Source: Eledone cirrhosa (taxonomy: Eukaryota). From it: DNA of 64,000 bases. The position numbers and the translations under genes were made by a program. Below are positions 52,380 to 64,000 of this stretch, in pieces. Each line of letters starts with the position of its first letter. Positions within the stretch are counted from its first letter, which is position 1. Location of the stretch: assembly GCA_964016885.1 (NCBI GenBank), contig OZ024747.1:13950001-14014000 (forward strand), written 5' to 3'. The notes under the pieces are model-generated. The model worked only from the letters and a program-made list of their open reading frames with translations, made no database searches and had not been told where the DNA came from.

Positions 52380-52844
52380 CAGAGGTTCTCAAACCTTTTG
52401 GGACACCACCCCCTTCAGGCCCATGTATACCCTCAGCGCTCCCACCCCTATTTCCAGAGAGACCTGTCTACACACAAATTGTAAATATTATATAATAATT
52501 AAAGTCCTTAATTGATATATAATAAATAATATATATATACTATATATGAATAAATATTATGTATTTTTTTAGTTCAAATCCCGCCGAGGTTGACTTTGCC
52601 TTTCATCCTTACGAGGTCGATAAAATAAAGTACCAGTAATGCACTGGGTATTTGCTGGCCTTGTGCCTAAAGTAGAAACAATTGTGTATTTTTTTATTTT
52701 ACTATATTTATATATAATATGTATCATTTGATATTTAATATATTATTATATCATCTCTACCATGCTTACTGCCACCTTAGGCTACAGCCCCCCCCCCTCC
52801 CCGCCTCCCCTGGGGGACGGTTGTGCACACTTTGAGACCCTCTA
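52380..52844. mobile_element. hAT-superfamily non-autonomous element with nested SINE piece
   Basis: TIRs CAGAGGTTCTCAAA / TTTGAGACCCTCTA; 8-bp TSD CTCTAAGA at 52372-52379 and 52845-52852. Confidence 0.85.
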
Positions 52845-52923
52845 CTCTAAGACATAAGTACTACATTTGATATGATTGACTAAGTAGAGACACAGCATAC
52901 TGAAACTGCTGAAATAAATATAA

Positions 52924-52925
<2 letters not shown>

Positions 52926-52960
<35 letters not shown>

Positions 52961-52985
52961 GTATATATATATGTATATATATTTG

Positions 52986-53032
<47 letters not shown>

Positions 53033-53397
53033 GTATATATGTATATATATATATGTGTATATGTATATATATATATGTGTATATATATATGTGTATATGT
53101 ATATATATATATATGTATATATATATATGTGTATATGTATATATATATGTATATATATATATATATATATGTACATATATATGTATATATATATATATAT
53201 GTACATATATATGTATATATATATATATATATACATATGTATATATGTATATATATATATATGTATATATATATATGTATATATATATATGTGTATATGT
53301 ATGTATATATGTATATATATATGTATAAATATATGTATATATATGTATATATATATGTATATATATATGTATAAATATATGTATATATATGTATATA

Positions 53398-53450
<53 letters not shown>

Positions 53451-53511
53451 GTATTTATATGTATATATATATGTATATATATATATATATGTATTTATAT
53501 GTATATATATA

Positions 53512-53544
<33 letters not shown>

Positions 53545-53638
53545 ATGTATGTATATATGTATATATATATATGTATATGTATGTATATATGTATATATAT
53601 ATATGTATATGTATGTATATATATATATATGTATATAT
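52926..53638. repeat. (TA)n/(TATG)n microsatellite
   Basis: Direct reading. Confidence 0.95.
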
Positions 53639-53764
53639 GGAAAGTTATATTTAAAATTGTTGGGTTACAACTAGTAAATATTTATAACTGATATAAAAGC
53701 ACTCGACAAATATTTGGAGTATATTTACAATATTAAATAAATGGAAAACTATATTTATAAAACC

Positions 53765-53842
53765 ATATTTATTTCATTATATATATTTCGGGGATATCAT
53801 ATTAACAATATGCTATGCCTTCATCAGACAAAATACAATATA
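53765..53842 (-). ncRNA. Type I hammerhead ribozyme motif
   Basis: Minus strand ATATTGTATTTTGT-CTGATGA-AGGCATAGCATATT/AATATGATATCCCC-GAAA-TATATA-TA^ATGAAATAAATAT. Confidence 0.7.
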
Positions 53843-54007
53843 AACAGTTTTATAGATAAATAGATTCGACATACCGTTATAACACCGACTTCATTTGAAG
53901 AGGTTTAAGTGTCTTGCTCAAGGAAACAACACATCACCCGGTCGTAGAATTGAACTCACAACCTTTCGATTGCAAGGCCAATGCTCTAACCACTAAGCCA
54001 TGTGCCT

Positions 54008-54129
<122 letters not shown>

Positions 54130-54391
54130 TGCTGCATATATTTATGTATGTATGTTAAGTTGTGGAAATGGGTCTATTTATCTTTACATTTGTGTATTTG
54201 TATATGTAGTTGTGGTGTGTGTAGCTGAATATATTTAATGTTGTGTATGTATAGTTAATTGACTAGTTAATACATGTGCTATATATATATATATATATAC
54301 ACACACATATATATATATATTTATGTTTGTATATATGTATATATGTATATATATATATATTTATGTGTATGTATATATATATATATATATT

Positions 54392-54422
<31 letters not shown>

Positions 54423-54701
54423 TTATGTGTGTATATATATATCATCATCATCATCATCATCATCGTTTAACGTCCATCTTCCACGCTTGCATGGGTTTGG
54501 ACGGGAATTTTCCCACTTGAGGCAAGATTGGTTGTCTTGCTTGTATAGGACTGTCCGGCGGGTTTTCTATGGCTGGATGACCTTCCTAACACCAACCACG
54601 TTTACAGTATACATATATATATATCTATGTGTGTATGTATATATATATTTCTGTGTGTATATATATATGTACATGTGTATATATATATATACATGTATAT
54701 A

Positions 54702-54799
<98 letters not shown>

Positions 54800-56980
54800 A
54801 TATATATATACCCTTGCAAGCAGGGAAAAGCGGACGTAAAATGATGATGATGATTTATGTGTGTATATGTATATAAATTTATGTGTGTGTATATAGATAT
54901 ATATATATGTATATATATAACCCATGCTAGCATTGAAAAATGATGATGATATATATTGCTAGTTGATGGGACATGCACTCGGTAACTAGCTCATGGCATA
55001 AGACCTTGTGGTCTTTCTTCATTTCCTGTTGCTATTTATGCACATAAGTATGTGAACACATACATGCAAATAAAACTACACTATCATCAAATCCTCCCCG
55101 TATTTCTCAAGATGTGTCATTTTCTTAACAAGTGGGTGTATCTATTTGAATTATATTATTAAGATGTCAGCAGTTGATGTTTAGCAATGAGAATATCTGT
55201 TATTTAAATATAAGTTTTGTCAACTGCTTCGGTTTCCACAGAATTTTATAATTATTCCGTTTCCTCCCACACTAAAAGAAAATGAATATAGAAATGTATA
55301 AAAAGGAACAGAAAATCCTGAAATAAGATTCATGAAGTTGCTGAAAGATTGTATGTGTATGTGTATGTATTTCTGTGTGTATGTGATGTTTATCATACAG
55401 TCCTGGAGTTGTGAGGCTTATATGTAGATTTTGCAAATGATATATTTTTGGAGATATGTATTTGCATATAGTGCAAGCTTGGCAGGGTAGTATTAACTCT
55501 TAACATCATGTAATGCTTTAACAGATAATATATAAAAGCAGGTTTTTTTTAAAATGTTTATAGTATCTTTATTAGTTGACTGATTGTTGTAAAAAAATTG
55601 CAGTACCAGTATGAGTTATGACTTTCAGTTTTGATGTGATGCAGTCATAGTGCTGTTTCGTACTCTTACATAATGTATTGCTAATGTGGTTTCATGTGGT
55701 TACCATAGCACTAACACAGTGTAATTTAGAAAAGAGGTGTATGTAAAAGCATATATACATCTCTTATGTGTACACAGTATATGTTTATGTTATGATATAA
55801 GTTTTGCTATTGTCATTATAAGCTGTGATCTTGTTCTCACATGGGTACATAGTTGCCATTTGATTCAATTGTCAACTACTTTATACAGTGTACTGTGTGC
55901 ATTTTACTATGGCACCAGCAGAGGTTTCCATGGTCTGAACAAGATTATTAAGTCCTCTCTACCGTCTATAAATTCCAGCCATTGGTCATCCACTTTACAG
56001 AGTGTATTGGACGCATTTTATTATGGCACCAGCACTAGAGAGCCCTTTCTATACTGCAGAGTCTCTATTTGATCAACTACTTTATACAGTGTACTGTGTG
56101 CATTTTATCATGGCACCAGCAGTGTAGAGGTTTCCATGGCTTGAACATGGTTTTCAAGTCCTCTCTACCCTCTATAGATTCCATGCATTGGTCATCCACT
56201 TCACAGAGTGTACTGTGTACATTTTACTATGGCACCACCACCAGCAAGCCCTTTCTACACTGCTGAATTACCATTTCATCATCAACCACTTTACAGTGTG
56301 GACTGAGTGCATTTTACTGTAGCACCAACACTAGAGAGGTTGTCATGTTCTTGACAAGACTAAGGCATACTTGTACAGTATGTGTTTTCACATCTCTGTG
56401 CAGTTGTGTACAAGAAAGCAGAATTATTCCCACAAAATCTTTCTGGAATAAAACAATTTGTAAATGTATTTATGACTGTCTGCTATGAATTAATATAAAC
56501 CTTGACAAAAACTCTTGTTTAGTTAAACCCTATTTTCTATTGTTTTGTTTTACTTTTTACTCTGATAGGAGCCACGGTCTTTATATGAATGGCACAAGGT
56601 GCCATTCATTTGTATTGTGACTCAGTTGTACTTGCAGGCTGTTTTCTCACAAATAACTGTCTTGGTTCCTCTTCTGAACCAAACACTTGGCTCTTCAACA
56701 AACATCTCTCACCTATACCACTAACATTGCCATTACTGTCATCACCATCACCACCACCACCACCACCACCTCTACTGTCAACACCACTGACACCAACACC
56801 AAGACAAGCATCACCACCGCCACTACCACCACCACCAACATCACCACCACCACCACCACCACCACCACCACCACCACATGACATCATTCTCAATCTTCTC
56901 CCTTGTTCCTATCACTTTCAATATCAGTATTTCAATGTTAGTCTCTTTCTTAGATTCTGACTTATGTGTGTATATGTGTT

Positions 56981-57044
<64 letters not shown>

Positions 57045-57196
57045 TAACCAGATAGATTTATATATATATACACGTACACACATGTGTGTATATACATACA
57101 CATACACATTGTGTTTTTTGCATCTCCATTTGTCTTGTCTATTCTTGATATATATATATATATATATACATGTACATGTATATATATATATACATG

Positions 57197-57231
<35 letters not shown>

Positions 57232-57329
57232 GTATATATATACATGCATATATATACATGTATATATATATATATATATACATGTATGTATATATATATA
57301 TATATATACATGTATATATATATATATAT

Positions 57330-57404
<75 letters not shown>

Positions 57405-57408
57405 TATG

Positions 57409-57690
<282 letters not shown>

Positions 57691-57698
57691 TATGTATA

Positions 57699-59475
<1,777 letters not shown>

Positions 59476-59829
59476 ACAAACATTTGTCAGTTCATGGTTG
59501 CAGTAATACTGCCAATCTCCCAGATTTTGTTCTCCTCCTCCTCTTCCTTCTTCTTTTTCTTCTACTCCTTCTTTGAAATAGGTTTTCTTGTCAGAAAGAG
59601 AGAGAGAGAGAGAGGGAGAAAAAGAAGGTAATGTGTGTGTGATGGTGGCTGTGCAGTCTTCCTGATTCAAAGCAGCTGTTATTTACCTTAATGATAGAGC
59701 CCCACCCCCGCCATTACCACCAACAACGGAACCTTCCACCCCCATCATCACCACCAACAACAATAGCAAGAAGACCCATAATGACATGACATAAGCCTCA
59801 TTGCTGTGTGGTGGTGGGTAGGGGTCACT

Positions 59830-60990
59830 GCATGTGTATGTATGTATGTGTGGCTATATGTATGTATGTTTGTGAGGGTGTATGTATGTATGTATGTGTG
59901 GGTGTATGTATGTATGTATGGCTATATGTATGTATGTATGGCTATATGTATGTATGTATGGCTATATGTATGTATGTGAGGGTGTATGTATGTATGTGTG
60001 GCTATATGTATGTATGTATGTGAGGGTGTATGTATGTATGTATGTATGTGTGGGTGGATGTATGTATGTGTGGCTATATGTATGTATGTATGTGAGGGTG
60101 TATGTATGTATGCATGTGTGGCTATATGTATGTATGCATGTGTGGCTATATGTATGTATGTGAGGGTGTATGTATGTATGTGTGGCTATATGTATGTATG
60201 TATGTGTGGCTATATGTATGTATGTGTGGCTATATGTATGTATGTATGTGTGGCTGTATGTATGTATGTGAGGGTGTATGTATGTATGCATGTGAGGGTG
60301 TATGTATGTATGTGTGGGTGTATGTATGCATGTGTGGCTTAATGTATGTATGTCAGAGTATATGTATGTATGTGTGGGTGTATGTATGCATGCATGTGTG
60401 GTTATATGTATGTGAGGATGTATGTATGTGTGGCTATATCTATGTATGTGTGGATGTATGTGAGGGTGTATGTATGTATGTGAGGGTGTATGTATGTGTG
60501 GGTGTATGTATGTATGTGTGGGTGTATGTATGCATGTGTGGGTGTATGTATGCATGTGTGGGTGTATGTATGCTTAAGTACACATGCATACATGTATGTA
60601 TGCACATGTGTGTGTGTGTGTATGTATATATATATATATATAATATATGTGTGTGTATGTGTGTGCATGTACATATATATGTACTTATGTGTGTGTGTGT
60701 ACATATATATATATATATGCATGTACATATGTATGTACTTACGTATGTGTGTGTGTGTGTGTGTACATATATATATATATGCATGTACATATGTATGTAC
60801 TTATATATGCATATATGTATGTACGTGTGTGTATATATATATATATATATATAAATATATATGCGTGTGTGAATGTACATATGTATGTACTTATATATGT
60901 ATATATGTATGTACGTGTGTGTATATATATATATATATGCGTGTGTGAATGTACATATGTATGTACTTATATATGCATATATGTATGTAC

Positions 60991-61037
<47 letters not shown>

Positions 61038-61246
61038 TGTGTGAATGTACATATGTATGTATTTATATATGCATATATGTATGTATGTGTGTGTATATAT
61101 ATATAAATATATATGCGTGTGTGAATGTACATATGTATGTACTTATATATGTATATATGTATGTATGTGTGTGTATATATATATAAATATATATGCGTGT
61201 GTGAATGTACATATGTATGTACTTATATATGTATATATGTATGTGT
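59830..61246. repeat. (TATG)n-based compound microsatellite/minisatellite
   Basis: Direct reading. Confidence 0.9.
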
Positions 61247-62200
61247 CTCTGTGTGACTGGACACAGAGGCAATCTTGTTGGTGGGTGTTAAGGATTAGGA
61301 GAAGGAGGAGGAGGAGATGATACAGTTGGGGGTGGTGTAGTGTTGTCAGTGTTGTTGTTGTTGTTGTTGGAGTATCATGGGTGGTGCTAGTGGTGGTGAG
61401 GTAGTGGTGGTGTGGTATTGTCAGTGGTGTTGGTGGTGGGGTATTGTTGGTTGTAGTGGTGGAGGTGTAGTGTTGTCAGTGTTGTTGTTGTTGTTGTTGT
61501 TGGAGTATCATGGGTGGTGGTGGTGTTGCTGGTGGTGATGGTGTTGCTGGTGGTGGTGGTGGTGGTAGTGGTGGTAGTGGTGGAGGTGTACTGTTGTCAG
61601 TGTTGTTTTTGTTGTTGTTCTTGGAGTATCATGGGTGGTGGTGGTGTTGCTGGTGGTAGTGGTGGTGGGGTATTGTCAGTGGTATTGCTGGTGGTGGTGG
61701 TGGTGGTGGTGGTAGTGGTTCTAGTAAGGATGTGGGGAAGAGGACAAAGGGTTGGGTGTACCCTGGTGGTGGCAGTGGAAGTGTGAGATGTCTCCAAGGT
61801 CACAAATATCCTTACAATAAAAGATACTAGAGGTTGACATTGTTAACTTTTGTCTGTTATAGAGTTCTACCCCCTCCGCCCCACCCCGCACACCACCACC
61901 ATCACTTTACCCCCCCCCCTCCTTTCACCTTGGTCTCCTCTTTTTTTTTCTTTTTTCTTAATCTCTGCTCTCCATTTCTTTAAGAGACACCTTCATCTCT
62001 CTCTTTCTCTCTCTCTCTCTCGCTGTCTCACTCTCTCTGTTTCTGTATCTCTCTTTCTCTCGCTGTTTCTTTGTCTCTCTCTCTCTCTGTTTCTCTATCT
62101 CTCTCTTCGTCCCCCTCTCTCTGTTTCTTTATCTCTCTCCCTCCCCCTTTCTCTCTCTCCATCTCTCTCTCTCTGTTTCTTTATCTCTCTCCCTCGCCCC

Positions 62201-62233
<33 letters not shown>

Positions 62234-62592
62234 CTGTTTCTTTACCCCCCCCCCCTTTCTCCTCATCCCCCTCTCTTTCTCTCTTGTTTGGCAATTTGAA
62301 GAACTGACTGGATTTCCTGCTCTTCTGTTCAGTAGTGCCATCTTTGTTGCTGCTGGTGGTAATGAGGTTGCTGGGGTTGCTGAGGTTGCTGTTGACTGGG
62401 CTCTTGAGAAAGACCCCTCTCCACCCCCCTGCTTCACTGTTCTATCCATCCACACACTTATTGAGGTCCACTAACAAGATTAATACCAATCTTATTTGTT
62501 AGGTTAATTTCTGAAAGTCCAAATGCTCCCTCACTGTCTACACACACACACATGTGTCTACACACACATACACGTGTGTCGTGTGTATGCAT

Positions 62593-62651
<59 letters not shown>

Positions 62652-62679
62652 ATACATATATACACACACCCACACACAC

Positions 62680-62744
<65 letters not shown>

Positions 62745-62764
62745 GATATATATATGTACACACA

Positions 62765-62813
<49 letters not shown>

Positions 62814-62827
62814 CCACACACACACAG

Positions 62828-62880
<53 letters not shown>

Positions 62881-63270
62881 TATATATGTACACACATATG
62901 TGTGTGTGTGTGTGTGGGGGTGTATATATCATCATCATCATCATCATCCTCGTTTAACGTCCACTTTCCACGCTAGCATGGGTTACACACATATATATAT
63001 GTACACACATATATGTGTGTGGGTGTGTGTATATATATATATATATACACACACACATATATATATAAGTACACACATGTGTGTGTGTGTGTGTGTGTAC
63101 ATATATATATATATATATGTACACACACATGTGTATGTGTTTAGTGTGAATGTCTATATATATATATATATATGTGAGTTTATACATTTGTGACTATGTA
63201 TGTGTATATGTGCATATACTTGTGTATGTGCATCTATCTTTCTCTCTGTATTTGTGTATATGTATACATA

Positions 63271-63396
<126 letters not shown>

Positions 63397-63505
63397 TGTG
63401 CATGTATATACACAGATGCAGCACTACATGTTTCCTGTTTATAAAATACTGTATGTCTATATTATCATCATTGTCATTTTAACATCCGCTTTCCCTGCTA
63501 GTAAG

Positions 63506-63566
<61 letters not shown>

Positions 63567-63586
63567 GCAGGTAGAATACCAGTTAG

Positions 63587-63624
<38 letters not shown>

Positions 63625-64000
63625 TCGATATATACAATGCTACATGCTTTCTGTTGAGAAACTATTAAGATGGCGGTGGATTGGCAGTATCGGTAGAGAG
63701 TCGGACGCCATGCTTTGACGCATAGAGTTAAGTCCCTTTATGATCTGGGTTCAAATCCCGCCGAGGTTGACTTTGCTTTTCATCCTTACGGGGATCGATA
63801 AAATAAAGTACCAGTAATACACTGGGTAATTGCTGGCCTTGTGCCAAAAGTAGAAACAATTATATATATGTGTGTGTGTGTATGTATGTGTGTGTGTATG
63901 TATATGTGTGTGTGTGTGCGTGTGAAGTGGACATAAAAATGTTGATGATGAATTATATATAAGTCCCTTTATGATCTGGGTTCAAATCTTGCCGAGGTTT

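Overview
Eukaryotic, AT-rich, microsatellite-saturated animal DNA; the repeat content is typical of an octopus or other coleoid cephalopod (inference). The only host gene I can support is eight internal + strand exons (638-41533) of UDP-glucose:glycoprotein glucosyltransferase (UGGT). They run from GHC..QPPRGLQFTLG to the GT24 catalytic-domain VDADQ motif, and all splice in frame if one intron is GC-AG. The introns hold CR1/L2-type LINEs (one with an intact 921-codon EN+RT ORF), RTE and RLE-LINE scraps, two SINE families, piggyBac/hAT/Tc1 MITEs and several minisatellites. The main hidden signal is hammerhead-ribozyme (HHR) motifs from about seven different sequence families. Three have essentially complete cores (15195 +, 23888 -, 53765 -); others are decayed or folded into inverted duplications, as expected for Penelope-like element pLTRs. 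Also notable are a G GGA AAC -1 slippery site joining LINE ORF1 to an ATG-less ORF2, and a 61-bp satellite amplified from a hairpin in a LINE 3' end. Repeat boundaries are approximate and were read by eye.
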